DNA from: the human T2T-CHM13v2.0 reference genome, Homo sapiens
Direction: 5' to 3' (one strand)
Length of the DNA: 64,000 bases
Assembly: GCF_009914755.1 (NCBI RefSeq)
Contig: NC_060927.1
The position numbers and the translations under genes were made by a program. The notes beneath the pieces were generated by a model, which was not told the origin of the DNA, did no database searches, and saw only the letters and a program-made list of their open reading frames with translations. This document shows positions 14,048 to 27,590 of this stretch, piece by piece (position 1 is the first letter of the stretch; every line of letters begins with the position of its first letter).

Positions 14048-17000
14048 CTATTCCCTTGATATTTGTTGCCTTCAAATTTTCATTACTGTTTTAGCTATTT
14101 TTATGAATATACTGTTCTTTATGTTTTGTTTTTATTTTCTAAAGATATTATTGGTTTTATAAAAAATAATAAACATTAATTAGAAAAAGATAAGTAATGT
14201 TGAAAAGTAAGAAGATGAGAGTTAAAATGTCCCTTCCAAATTACACTGTCATAGAGCAATCATTAATATTAGCTGAATATTATTCCAGATATTCTTCTAG
14301 GCCAATGTAGAGATCAATGGAGACGCTATTGTGTGAATATTAATTCTAACTGCCCTCCTAAAATGCTTCCATGTAACTCTCTACCTCTAGATCCAGGAAG
14401 TTCAGGTTTCCAGGGAAGGAGGGGCTGAGCTCAGTGATGGATCAGCACTGGCTCAGTGCTGGAATCACCTCAGAGCTTTAAAAAATTAATACTTATGTCA
14501 AGGCACTTTATTTGGAGATTTCAAAAGCCTCCAAGCTGAATTGGTCTTGAATTTCAATGCTTATATTCCTTTTAAAACCTTTGTAGCAAAAGAACAGTTT
14601 TTAAAGCTAGGTGCATTGAGAGAAGAATTTTGTAATATGTCAAAATTCAGGCCTAATGGACTTGATCATTCAAGTAGGTTATGGGGAGAGAAACAGTAGC
14701 TTATTGAGAATGAAAAGGCAAATGCACTATGTATTCCCTGACACACCCTTTGAGATGGGATCAAAGAGTATGAATGCATAAGGGAGTGAATGGCTTTAGA
14801 AACATTCAGAGAAGTAGCAAACCCCTGAAGGCATAGGATAAAGTGGGCCACTTTCCTGAGAAAAGTCAGCAGGAGGCTCTTAGCCCCTGTGAGAACATTA
14901 GCCTTCAGCTCAGTGTTACTAGTGTTACTGCAGTAAGGCTGGGAAGCAATGGTACAGTGGTGACAGCAGAAGGCAAAAAAGTGGCTGAGCCTGAATAGAG
15001 CTCCAGTCCCATGTGCTATGCTTGAAAACCGAAGAACAGGAATATTTCTGAATGCCCTGGGAAGAGGATGCAAAAGGATCAAGGAAGCTAAGAGACTTCC
15101 AGGAGGAGAGGCTGACCGGAGGTTAATGGTCAGAGCCATGGACTCTATCTAGGGATGCCTGAGTATTAGCCCCTCCCCTATTCAAATGCCAGTCTCATGG
15201 TGGCTCAGTGGTCATAGTCCAGAGAAAAGCTCAGACCAGCTCCCTATAGGAGACAGTCTTAAGAGATCCCTAAATATTTGAGGACTTCGTCTTTCTCCAC
15301 TCACACTGCCACAGAATCATATAAGCCATACTTTGAATATATCCAGATGCTGCTTGGAGAACAATAAAGGGAGAGGAATACAACTTTAAATATTTATGCA
15401 TTTACTTGGATTTTCTAAGCTGGGGCTACATACAGACAAGCAGTTTTCACTGTTGAATCTCACTGAGATGTCTGGGTTTTGGCAGTGAGACTGTAGAAGG
15501 CATGTGTTTCCCATCCCAGAGGCTGGCAAACTCTTTTCACATGAAAGGTGTTCATTCTGTCATATAGTAATCATTTTTAACCATCAGCAAGATGACTTCT
15601 GGGCTAGCTTAGAATCAGTACATGTAAAGGTCAAAGAGATTTATAAATTATATATCATGACTATTTCCCTGGGCCATTCTATATCTGTTTATTCACCATT
15701 TTTAAAATGTTTAAGCTTAAAGTATTCACTAGAGCTGAGACAAATGGATATTTTTGGCATCTGACCTGTATAAACGCCACAATTTTTCTTAAACAGGCCT
15801 TCTTTATATCTAAGTCTGTCACTTTGGGGTGCAGTTTCCAATATGCTAATGATCTTAATAAAAAATAACCACAGAACTACCAAAATACATGAGCTTTATG
15901 TCTAATGACATCCTTGTTTTATTATAACTATCGAGAACAAGGGTTATTGCCTCAGCTACCTTGGGAAGTTTCAAAGAGTTAAAGAGATTGGACTTTGAAA
16001 CATTTTTTTCCCTTAATCCTTAATTGGTTGCAAACATCTATGGGCCATATGGTTTTTTTCTTAACATTATCTAGTGGATCAATATGATGCTTTCACGCCC
16101 TTTAGATTAGAAACGTCTGGTTTTAAATCCCCAACATATACTTTAGGATTAGAGCTGAAGTTTAGTGCACAGCCCCTGATCATCCAGGGCTGGGTCACAC
16201 TTCACAGGGTCACATCAGTGATCACTGAGGTGCAATAGGAATCTGGCGACTTTAAAGGAAGGGTAAACCACAGGACCTCTCCATCTGCTCAGTGGTACCT
16301 GCCCTTTCTCCCTCACTGAGTCAGGTATAAAGTGTGTATCAATGTAACAGCAGCGTGGCAGACGAAAGGCTGTCAGGCAGGCATTAAATTTAAACCTTCA
16401 GGGAGAATGGAGGGGAACAGTGCAGTACAGTGGCAACAAAAGCTATAATGCTCTTTTCTTGCAAGTCTCTGTTTTGTTGTAAAAGAATCCAGGCTGGCCA
16501 CATATGAATCATCCTGTTCAGCGCAGAACACTGTGGCAATGTGAACTGTGGCTGCTCTTCTGATTATGGCTTTTGGTCTCTGGTTGCAAAACGATCCCAG
16601 AACATTTGATGATGAAACTCAGATCAGTTCAGTTAATGACTATGGAGTACACTAAAGGAGGGTAATTTGTCAACAAGTTAATCAGGCAAGGGACCAGAAG
16701 GCTGATCATCTAGTCTCTGAGATAACAATACTTTTCTGGTCATAAGATCTATAAAATTGGACCCTGGGTTATCATTGCTTTGTTTTATTGCAACACGTTT
16801 TAGAACATGCTGGGCACATTTTCTTCTAATTTTTTAAAACTCAAGTCTCTGAAAGATATTGTATGATGGGGTCTTAAAAAATTGTATTTATACATATAGA
16901 TATGGCATAAGTGTTTGAAGACATGGAAAAAAGATAGAGGAGAGTTGGCTATGAGTCTCATAAATAACAAATCTTATTACTACCTAGATGTAATTTGTTT

Positions 17001-17087
17001 GCTGACATCTTCTATTGTATTATTTTTATATGTTGAATGGCACTTAAGCTGGATAATACAGAATTTTCTTTATATTAGTAATCTAGA

Positions 17088-17670
17088 AGTGGCATATTAT
17101 GCTTTCCAAAGATGCTGTGTGTGTATCTCACATATATTTCCCATCCACATGTCATTCTTTAAATATGACTAACACTCCTCTCCCCCACAAGGAGGTCTAT
17201 GTTACCTTTCATTGTATCTGGGTGAGGAGCTTGTGACTGCTCTGACAAACAGTGTGTGTTAGAAGTGATACTATGTGACTTCCAATGCTAGGTCATAAAA
17301 ATAATGCACTGTCTTCCTGGCTTTCTCTCTTGGGATGCTTGCTCTTGCAACCTAGCCATCACACGGTGAGAAAACTCAAAGTCGCCCAGGCAGAGAGACC
17401 ACATAGAGAGTCTGTAGGGAGAGGAGCTAATGCCCTGGGCTGTCAGCCAGCATCAACTTCCACAGCTGAGTGAATGAGCCTTCAGATGATTCCAGCCTCA
17501 GCCTTTAAGTCTTTTGACTGAGACCCCAGGCATTGTGAAGCAAAGACACCTTCCTTGCTGTACTCCATTCAAATTTCTGACCCACAGAAAACATGACAGA
17601 GTAAGTGATTCTTGTTGTTTGAAGCCACTGTGTTTTGGAGGTGATTTGTTATGCAGCATAGTAGCTGAAG
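17088..17670 (+). mobile_element. MaLR LTR (MLT1G/H-like)
   Basis: gaagtgatactatgtgacttccaatgctaggtcataaaa...ttgttgtttgaagccactgtgttttggaggtgatttgttatgcagca. Confidence 0.8.
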
Positions 17671-17829
17671 CACCAGAGCTTTGTTGAGGCTTTTTTTGTT
17701 TGTATTCCACCTTGGAGACCTGTGAATTACTCCTGACCTGACTTGCATAAACGTCCCTCTTCATATGGGCTGCGTATGCTGACAAGTCTTCTGGCTACCT
17801 GATCGCTACATGTCTAGGATGTAATTCCT

Positions 17830-18075
17830 TTTTATGCTTTGCAGACAGGGCCTTTTCAAGAAACTTTTCCTGAAACTCCTGGGTTGATTTAGATGCCATT
17901 TTTCTGGACTCTCTCAGCAAATCTGTCAACAGTGATCACAATGTGCTATCATGTTGATATACTTGCCTTTTGTTCCTACTAGCCTGTGAGTCCAATGCAG
18001 CATGAGCCCTTCCTCCTCATTTTTCCATTTATCATGCTAGCATTATTTCTGGCACATGGGAGGTGCTTAATAAAC
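17830..18075 (+). mobile_element. L2 3' end relic
   Basis: ctactagcctgtgagtcc...ctggcacatgggaggtgcttaataaa. Confidence 0.7.
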
Positions 18076-18484
18076 TCTCACTATAGAATTGGTCAATTAG
18101 AACTTAATCTACCCAGGCCTTGACTCAGACAACAATGAGAGGAAAAAGGGTTTCCAGAAGTGGGATACATGAAATTATATGTCTATGTGAAACTAGGTAA
18201 TTTTTGACGATGTCTTAAAGAGAAGTTTTCCTTCTTAGAAAGTGTGTAAAACTTTAGCGGGCTTTATAGGACATAAAAGAGTAATCATTGTGATCTAGAG
18301 GGGCAATAATCTGTTCAACTCTTAGTGGACTTCAGAAATACTGGGTGTCTGATAAGAGAGCATCACTGGGAACTGGAAACCTCAGATAGGTTAGTAGATA
18401 AGGGAGATTTTATTTCTCACTGTTGTTTTCTTAATGCTAGGGTCAGATGGAAGGGAAGACTTAGTCTTCAGTTCTCTGTTATCT

Positions 18485-18665
18485 CAATAGTTCATAAATT
18501 TAGTGTGCCTCATGCATAGGGAAATTTTGTCATGAATGCAGATCCCCAGGCCGCAGGGTTCAGAATTCTGAAGCACTGGATGTTGGATAAGCTTGGAATG
18601 TGAATTTTTAATAAATTATCTAGTTGACTCAGATAAAGAAGATCCAAGGGCCATACTTTGAAACA
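18485..18665. mobile_element. MER5-like hAT-Charlie DNA transposon relic
   Basis: aatgcagatccccaggcc...agaattctga...gaatgtgaatttttaataa...ccatactttgaaa. Confidence 0.65.
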
Positions 18666-19919
18666 AAATAAAACAAAACATGGTAAACTGAAGAATAAAA
18701 TTCCCCTCCAGGATACTTGTGGAAATTGTGCCCCAGAAACTCTGTAAGGCACTTGACTCAATTACGAAACTGTAGACAGAAACTTGATTTTTGAATTTCT
18801 AGATGTGAGTATGTTAAAGATCATTTTAGAAATTACTATGAATAACTGACATTTCTGGGTTGTATTTAGGATTTAAATCTAGTTTTGGTTGAATCCAGTC
18901 TTTTGATGATGTTTGCAGTGGGAACAAAGGATGGATCCTGGGTACATTTCCTTTCTTGATTGCTCAGTATTTATCTTCCAGTTCTCCGTTGCATTACCTC
19001 TAGTCTTGTGTAATTATTTCCCTGTGCCCCTCTCCAAATTTCTAGCCTCCGTCTTATATTTCTTCACAATCTTATGTCTGCTTTATGTGTTAAGTCCTAC
19101 CTGACAATTTTCAAGGGAAATTTATCACCAGAAAGATATGACTGTGGTTTCTGCAATTTTGACCCCATTCTAGAGGATATAAATAGATTTCTGAGCTAAA
19201 GGATTGTGACATTTACAGGATAGCTACTTTATTAACTTTTGGCTTTTAAACACAATCATTGAACATATGATGAAAAAATTATCCAAGTTAATGTAAAACT
19301 AATACCATACTTTGGCTTTGTTTTGTAACTTCCATGGAATTTGCCTTCCGTGTTGGTGGTCAAAGCACTCATCAAGTGTTACATTTTCAAATGGCATGAT
19401 TCCTAAGTGGCTGTGTTACCTCAATATGATTTCTTGCTTTTATTTAATGTAATAAATGTTTTTTTTTCTCCAGGATCATCTGAGAAATGTATTGCAAGCA
19501 GCATTTGGTTATTACACCCAAAGAGGCCTGGGACTCATATTCATCCTTCAGTGCAATATTTACTTAAGATTGTCATATATGAGGGATATAAGAAGTTTCT
19601 TCACCTAAAGAGATAAACATGTTAAAATTGTGTAATTAAACTTTCTATGAAGAATGAAAAAGTGAAGTCATTTTAACAGTCTAATAACAAGTGGCTGTGT
19701 AGAGACAGTGAAAAAGGGCTAGTTCTTTCCTGGACCTGGGGAGAAGCTTGTGAACAGTTATCTGATAGATGGAAAAAGGCTATGGAAACAATAACAAATA
19801 GCGCACCAGAGACAATATAAGATCAGCCAACAGATGGGACAGTTTGTCTTTGTATTCATGTCAGGCTGTTTGTTCTAGGATGTGTACCGTATGATATAAT
19901 AAAAATTCAACTTTATTTT

Positions 19920-20349
19920 TGTCTCCTACTTTTAGGTAGGTTCTCTAGAAGAGTGTCTTGAGTTGGAATTCTCGTATAAGTGATGTACTGAAAGGCTATT
20001 CTTAGGAGAAGGGGAGTGAAGGAAGCAAGACAGGCCAGAGAAAGAAGACAAAGTAAGAATGTGGTCTTGACTGAAGTCTATCTGCAGCCTTGTCCTGTGG
20101 GGACCTGTGCTGCACAAATTGCCCCAAATTTGGGTCCAACCTGAAGTTCTACCTTTTGTACCTAGAGTCGGTCACTGGCCACTGTGTGTTTGGGGGGCAT
20201 TGGTGGATATTTACGTAATTTGGGTGAGGTGGCTTCTGTTCTGCTTAAGGTAACTCTCTGGTGAAGGAGGCCGCAGTGAGCTGTGAACACTAATGTGTAG
20301 AGTGGCCTGCTGAAGGGATCTGGGTGAGGTATTAACAGTGTCCACTGCA
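19920..20349 (-). mobile_element. Old ERVL LTR (LTR16/LTR33-like)
   Basis: ggttctctagaagagtgtcttgagttggaattc...aagtgatgtactg...aacagtgtccactgca. Confidence 0.55.
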
Positions 20350-20559
20350 TCTATTTTCTATTTAAAATTTATTTAGTGTGGAATTTTTTTTCCCTGCTGT
20401 CATGGTTCATAGCTTTTGTGGTTACTCTTGGACAACTGATAATCCTACGGTCTTTTAAGTTGAAAAACAGTGTTTTGATTAAGAAGTTAGAGTGTTCAAT
20501 CTAATCTATTAAACAATACTTATCATTTTATTCTAAGATGTCTTATCGCTCCTCCTTCC

Positions 20560-22140
20560 CTACCACTCATGCCAACTTTCTCAGGTATGGCATAGTAAGG
20601 CTGGCCATATGGCTTCAGGAGCAAAAAGGTGGGATGACTTATTACTTGTTCATCACTTCCTCAGAGCAAGCTGCTGTTATTGACCTTTCTGGGATTACAG
20701 TGTGTCAGAAATAAGGGAAAATGTAGCATATGGTCTTCCTTGACCAGTAGGAGTATAAGATGACTTTGCATCCCCTGGGCCTGGCAGGTGGTTCTTTCTG
20801 TCATGGATACTTATGTGGAGTTTCAGAGGATCTCTTACTGGCTCCTTGTGACTCCTCATGGCATTATCCTCCTGTTGTGGATAATGCCTTCTGTTCCCCT
20901 AGCTTTGCCCATCTATATGATCTTCTTGGGCAGAAGTCACAGTAGTGCTAGGCTAGTCTCTTTTCTTTAGAGCCCATATCTGCTCCACAAGCAATACACA
21001 TCCTTTGTTCTTGCAGGCTGAGCAGGTGAGGGGGGAGGCAAACTCATCTCAGCAGCAAGCTTTTTTCCACTGCCAAAGAGTCTGCTAAGCCTTTCTCTCT
21101 TGCCCTTTGATTTCTCAGACCAGAAGCAAGCACCAGTCCACTGTGTTTATCTAATTGCAGGAGACTGATACCAAGTTCTACATATAGTCCTGTTGAAGCC
21201 ACTGTCTTATTATGCTTTTCCTCACTAGTTCATCATGACAATTTTCAAACATGCAGTAAAGTTGAAATAATTCCCTGTGAACATTGGTATACCCACCACC
21301 TACCATTACATTTTACTATGCTTATCTTTTAAGGTATATATTTATCTATCTGTTTATCCATCCACCAATCCATCTTATTTTTGATATATTTCAAAATAAA
21401 TTACAGGCACCTATATACTCTCCTGTAAATACCTCAGCATGCATATCATATATTGAACTAGAGTTCAATATATGTTTATATTTTTCTTTAGATATAAAAT
21501 TTACATACAGTGAAATGTACACATCAAGTGTACATTTGCTGAGTTTTGAGAAATGTACTCACCTATGTAACCCAAAGTCCTATCAATATACAGACATCAC
21601 TTTGTCCATATGAAGGTAGTGTGGAAAAATAAAAAGATATAGCCATCACCCCAGCAAGTTCTTTCATACTTCTTTCAAGTTAATTTCCACACCCTTCCCC
21701 ACCAGAAGCAAACATTGTTTTATTTTTCCACCATGGTGGATTAGATTTGCCTATTCTAGAACTTCACAAAAATGAGGTCATCCAGTGTGTACTCCTTTGT
21801 ATATGGTTTCTCTGACTTATTCTATGTTTTTTGAGACTATTCTACATTGTTGTATGCATCAGTAGTTCCTTCCTTTTTAATTGCTGAGTAGTGCTCTCTT
21901 CTGATAACAGTTTTAAAAATTCATTCAACTGATGGGCAACTAGACTATTTTTAGTTTTTGACTAATATGGATAACGTGAAGCCACTGTCTTGGTTTGAGA
22001 TGAAAAGAAGGGCTCCTTTTGGGAGGGTAAAGTGAGGTTTGAGAATTGTAGTAAGGAAACAGTCCACTCCAAGAAAATTTCTTCACAAATTCTCTATAAT
22101 CTCTAATTTTCTTGATTCTTCTATATCTTCAATGAGGGAC
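20560..22140 (-). mobile_element. Possible ancient LTR (LTR78-like) split by the L1ME insert
   Basis: Sequence on both sides of the 21209-21976 insert reads continuously (gttgaagccac|...ggtttgagatgaaaagaagggc); family recalled from memory. Confidence 0.35.
21209..21976 (-). mobile_element. 5'-truncated ancient L1 (L1ME2-like 3' end)
   Basis: aattttcaaacatgcagtaaagttgaaa...ctagagttcaatat...aaaatttacatacagtgaaatg...gcctattctagaacttca; flanked by 15-bp direct repeat tgaagccactgtctt. Confidence 0.8.
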
Positions 22141-22172
22141 AGTCATCAAACTGATTCTATGCTACCTACTTT

Positions 22173-22303
22173 GTTTGTTTTTTGTTTTTAGAGATGGGGT
22201 TTCACTCTGTTGCCCAGGCTGGTCTCAAACTGGCCTCAAGCAATCCTCCCACCTCGGCCTCCCAAAGTGCTGGGATTACAGGCGTAAACCTCCTTGCCCA
22301 GCC
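22173..22303 (-). mobile_element. Free left Alu monomer (FLAM-like)
   Basis: Single left arm, T-rich tail, TSD ctacctacttt / ccacctatttt. Confidence 0.88.
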
Positions 22304-22790
22304 CCACCTATTTTGAAAAGAAGCTTTTTATTCCGTTTGACAGCACCCTTTAGTCTTTAATATCTATGGTATCTTGGAGTCTCAGCTGAAACTTCCAATC
22401 TAGCAAACTCTGGTATTCATTATTCTTTGAATTTCAGCAGAAAGAAGGAGCTGCTTTGGTAGAGAGGGACTAATGAGGCTATATATGCTGAACGCTTCAG
22501 AGAAGTTGAAGAGGAGAAATTTGCTCACAAATAGCTTTGGCTGTCAAGTGGTTCTCCAGGCATGTGTTTCTCACACAATGTCAAACAGCAAAACCAGCTA
22601 CCAGGCTGCTCTTAATCCCAGTGTCTTGCTGAAGGAGGCTCTTGAATTCCTGGCATCATGAGTTTGTTGATGAAAATGACCTCCATCAGTCACTGCTAGT
22701 GAAGCTAGCCATGAACAATAAAATAATGGACTTTTTTGATCACCTTTGGCCTTTGACAGACATCGGGTGGTACCCTTGCAGCACTCTACA

Positions 22791-22834
22791 TTATTACTGC
22801 CCTCATGACAAGTTATTACTGCCCTCATAACAAG
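22791..22834. repeat. 22-bp tandem duplication
   Basis: ttattactgccctcatgacaag / ttattactgccctcataacaag, 1 mismatch. Confidence 0.95.
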
Positions 22835-25820
22835 GAGATTAAGATCTCTGGGAGCACAAAAGGAGGCATCCTCAAGGATGATCTATACTAATGCACTCAT
22901 GGGAAGGTAGGCACTGCATGAGAAGAGGTAGTTCCGTAAGTTATTATCTTATTTTAAGTGCAGTGAAAAGAAAAGTAGAGATGAAGAAAGCTGAAAGGCA
23001 GCTTTATACAATTATACCTTTTCTGTGGTAGGATAAAGGAAATAGAGTGAGTCTTCAAAGCTTCTTGAGGATGGGAAAAGAGACTTAACATATTTGTTAT
23101 CCACAAAGAAGAATGTGGTTCTCTTTAAAGACCAGGTACTATCAAGAAAATAACTCAGTAATTTTCTCCTTACTGTAGTCCCAATTCAATCTTGAGAACA
23201 TTTTATTAAAGCTTGAGACTCTTGTCTCTAAAATGTTCCCTGAGTCATTGTGGAATAAGATTTGACTTTATTTATATAAATTATTATTAACTAGTTGTAT
23301 AAATATGTAATCAAATATAATTTACTTAATTTATTAGGAAGATAGGCTTTTACTGGCTTTTTTTTAGGGAAAAATAATAAGTTTAAACATTCACAATATA
23401 GACCTCTTATAATCTTGAGAATCCTTAGAGGGTTTCTTATCTGTTTTTACTATTGTTGAGTGTTTTCCTGGGCTTGAGTTAAATGTTCAGATCCCAGTTA
23501 AAGTATTCGGATCAAAGGATAAGTTATAGACAAAGTGTCATGGTGCCTAAGAAGAGGCCATGCAAATAGTAGATGCTTAGTTAAGTGAATTAAATTATTT
23601 ATAACTATCATCTTTATGAAAAAGGATTGACAAAATACTGTATAATAGATGAAAGTGACTAATCAAACAAAGCAGAACATTGATAAAATAAAGGTATAAA
23701 CATAAAGTAAAGCTAATGGTAAAATTAGACTGTAGAATATATACTGTAAAATCCTGAGGGAATGTTCCCACTATTTGCCTCTGAACTTTCTGGCAATCAA
23801 TAAAAGAGGAAAGCAATCAAGATACACAGCCCAGCAGATGTCTGTAAGATTAAACAAACCAATTGTTCAAAGGAAGTAATCTATTATTAATTGTTGAGAA
23901 TAATTTTACCTGTAGGTCATACTTATGAGGACATAGGATAATGTCTTCAATGATGTTCTCAACAATATCCTCATAGAATATTCCTCAATGTGTGTGGATG
24001 GTATAATGCCAGCATGAGTCAGTAAAAGCAGTTTTCAAATTTTTCTTTGGGGAAAGATGGTGCATAGATAAAGGTGCCCCATGTAAACAACTTCGTAGTG
24101 GTGTGGTTCAAACTGAGGTTAAATTGTTTTGGATGTTAGAGGAGTGGCTGGACTACTTGTACTTTAGGAATTTTCCAGAAATATTATTTCTTTTGACTAA
24201 AATTTGGTAAGTCCTGAGTGTCAGTGAGTTTGAAATTTTTCTGTCTGATAAGCACCTGGACTGAAGATATTCTCTCATACTTATAGCTATAGTTTTCTGC
24301 TGCTCTGAGAATAATAGTGACATCCTCTCATGAAATTTGAGGACTTGATAGGAGAGAACTCCTCCTCACGAAGGTGGGTTGACAAAGTACCCAAGGTCAA
24401 TGACATGATTTTCCTTGGAAAAGAAAATGAAATCTACTCTAACTTATGAAAAAATGGCTACCTGGGACCTCTTAATTTGATGTCATAGAGTGTGGCCATT
24501 CTAATTTTTAATCCAGAAAATGTTTTTACATGCTTACTCTAGCCATTAAAAAAATGTTAAAGTTCTCATAGAATGTTTAAATTTTAGCAGTGAATTTCTC
24601 AGTTGAATTTCCCAAGATAAAGTAGTTTGCAAACTGTACCTGTTAGTAACTGAATGGGTTGATTCGTTGTATGAAATCAGTAGCTTTTAGTGTTGAAGAT
24701 GATTACCTTGGCCCTTTGGCTTTGAGGAACTTGGTAACATGCCCTTCTTCCCGACAGCTGTTATAAATCAGGCACAAATGTCTCTGGAAGTCATGTCTAG
24801 ATTATAATGTGGAAAAGATCATATTCAGATGGAGACTTGACTACTTATATGCAAAAATTTTCCACCAAAAATCCTTATTTATATACTTTCATTCTTAACA
24901 AGAATAGCAGGTAAGCTATATTCATTTTTATGAAGAATCCATTTAGGGAATAATTCTAAAATGTGTCTTCCTCTTGGACACAGAAGAATAACAGAGTCGG
25001 GTTTAGAACACGTTTCTGACATGCCTCAATCTTGCTACAAGACTGAGGGACACTCAGTAATCATTCAGCTAAACAGTCAATCCATTAACCTGTCCTGGGT
25101 AGCTTGTTGTCTCTTTTTAGTGGTTTCTGTATATGTCACAGATGAGCAATCCTGCTACAATTTTTTAAAAAATGAGATTAAAAATATATCCACGAAGTAT
25201 ATCTATTTTGTCCTTTCTTTATTTGACAACTCTACCAGCTTACAGTAATTGATATTAATTACTCTAGGATTAACTATTAATTATCAGGAATTGACTTTAG
25301 AGAAAACACAGAATGGTTTCTTTCATTTTCCTACTCCCCTCCTGAGTGGCCTATGCTTTTATTCCAGGCCCTTTTAGTCACAAATGGACTTGAAACCAAG
25401 GGAATTTTAGCGTAGTAAAAATTTTAGAATTTCACTGAAATGACCATCAACTGTTGGTTGGAAGTAGTTTTTTTCCCCCCTGTCTTATGCCAAAGGGAAG
25501 CTGCTAGATGATTCTAAGAAGGATGATTTGGCCAAGGGACCAACTGAAGCTTGCCATTATGAGGAGCTCAGTCTCCCTCTTCTAAGCCTACTGACCTGGG
25601 GTGGCTTTATCTACTTCACTGCGGGTCCTTTGTCTCTCTGATCCCCATGTTCAGTCTTTGCTTCAGATGGAGGGCTGTGCTAACAGCTGCTATCTGCACC
25701 AACCCATCTAACAGCCTGCCTATGCCCTCATTTGACAGTATTCCCCATTAGGCTTGGACTTGTCCCAAATAGGAAGATCCAAACCCATGGATCTTCAAAC
25801 ACAGGAAGGGCACACATGTA

Positions 25821-26131
25821 CAGTCAGGGACCACATAATCATATTTTGGTCAATGACAGACCACATATATGATGGTGGTCCCATGAGATTATAATACCAT
25901 ATTTAATACAAATACTACTGTGTTACAATTGTCTATAGTATCTAGTCCCATAACATGCTGTGGAGGTTTGTAGCCTAGGAGCAATAGGCTATATACCACA
26001 GAGTCTTGGTGTGTGGCAGGCTGTACTATCTAGGTTTGTGGAAGTATACTCCATTATGCTTATACAACCACAAAATCACCCAATGATGTATTTTTCAGAA
26101 TGTGTCCCTGTTGTTAAGCAGTGCATGGCTG
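25821..26131 (+). mobile_element. Tigger3a (MER7A-like) non-autonomous DNA transposon
   Basis: TA|cagtca...ggtcaatgacagaccacatatatgatggtggtcccatgagattataatacc...gttaagcagtgcatggctg; decayed TIRs. Confidence 0.85.
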
Positions 26132-27496
26132 CGTATGTGTATGTGTTTGTGTATGGGTGTTTGTGTTTACCAAAATGAAGTCCAGAAAGAAGTGGTAGCT
26201 GGGGACATATGAATCTTATATGTAGACATCAGTGGTTATTGGTAAGTAATTATCGTCTGAAAAACAAGATGTCTGCTGTTTTTAGATAATACGAACCAAA
26301 GGTAAACCAGTCAAAAGGCAAACTGTACTCCGCATTGCTCTTCTGTCCTTGCAAAACCCATCCCAGTAACTACCCAGAAACCGAAATGAATATATTAAGA
26401 GAAAAAATCATCTGGGAGCTAAAAGCCCACACTTAAAGCCTGAAGATTTCCATGACCCAGAGAAAGATGACTTTATTAACCTCTGGGGCAAGGGTGAGCA
26501 GCTGGGAAAGACAGGAGAGGTGGGGACTTAGGGATGGAAGGCAGGAAGATAGGAGCTGCCTGTTAAAGAATCCGAGGCGAAGGAGAGCGGGCATCTGTAT
26601 GGGACATTCTCTTGTGGCCCATGGAATGTCTGGCTAGACAAAACAATTCTGTGCAGTGAGACCTCAGACTTTTCTACAGGCAAAAGCACCAGTTAGAAAT
26701 TTTCTCACATGGATCCACCTAGGGAGAGCACCCAGCAAGGGAAATAGGTTTATTCTGTGGGCTATCCTTTTCTCACCGCCAAATTCAAACAAACAAAAAA
26801 ACTCAGTAACAGTCCTTAGAGAAAAAGAGACCAATGCCCAGGTTACCTAGAGATTGGAAAAGAGAAGGGATCACCACTACCCCACATTTTCCATATTTCT
26901 CTGCTCATTGTTGTCATTATACTAGATCTCCCACATGTCAAGTGCTGATTTACTAAATTGGCTGAACTTTTCCAGACAGTTTCCAAATTAATAGTCACTC
27001 TGCATTAATACGACTTGCACTAGTCAGGCATCCCTGTGCATTCTATCTCTTTTACGTAGTGGTGCCATCTGTCATTGTAATACCTGTGTCATCAAGTTTT
27101 GAACCATAATACTTCATCAGCTTCCAAATGGTTCCATGATCTGTAAGCAGTGATCAAGGCAGTTTAATGAGACATGACAGGGCATTTTCAAGCAATTTCT
27201 TAGGGAGGCCCAGGAAGGAAAAAGTTGAAGCCAGGGGACATTTGAAGTCATTCCACCTTGAGTCACTCTTGTGAGTTCTCTAATATTCTAAAAGAGGGGT
27301 TTTTTTTAATACCCTGAAGCAAAAATTTTTATGTATCACTTTAATTTGGTATGACAGACATATAGAAGCATACTGTATAAAACCCTAATACATGTACTTC
27401 CATATATCCAGCAGATTGTCCATATAGGTGGGACAAAGCAAGAGAAGAGTTAGGGTGAGAAATAGGGTATGTAGTGAGAGTGGGAATGGACATGTT

Positions 27497-27498
<2 letters not shown>

Positions 27499-27546
<48 letters not shown>

Positions 27547-27590
27547 TGTGTCTGTGTGAGAAAGAGAGAGAGAGGGAGGGAGGGAGGGAG
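27499..27590. repeat. Compound microsatellite (TC)15(TG)11...(GA)n(GGGA)n
   Basis: Directly visible. Confidence 0.97.

Noticed and set aside
27055-27078. CTCF-like gtggtgccatctgtc
   Set aside because: The 3' part of the core does not match; too weak to call.
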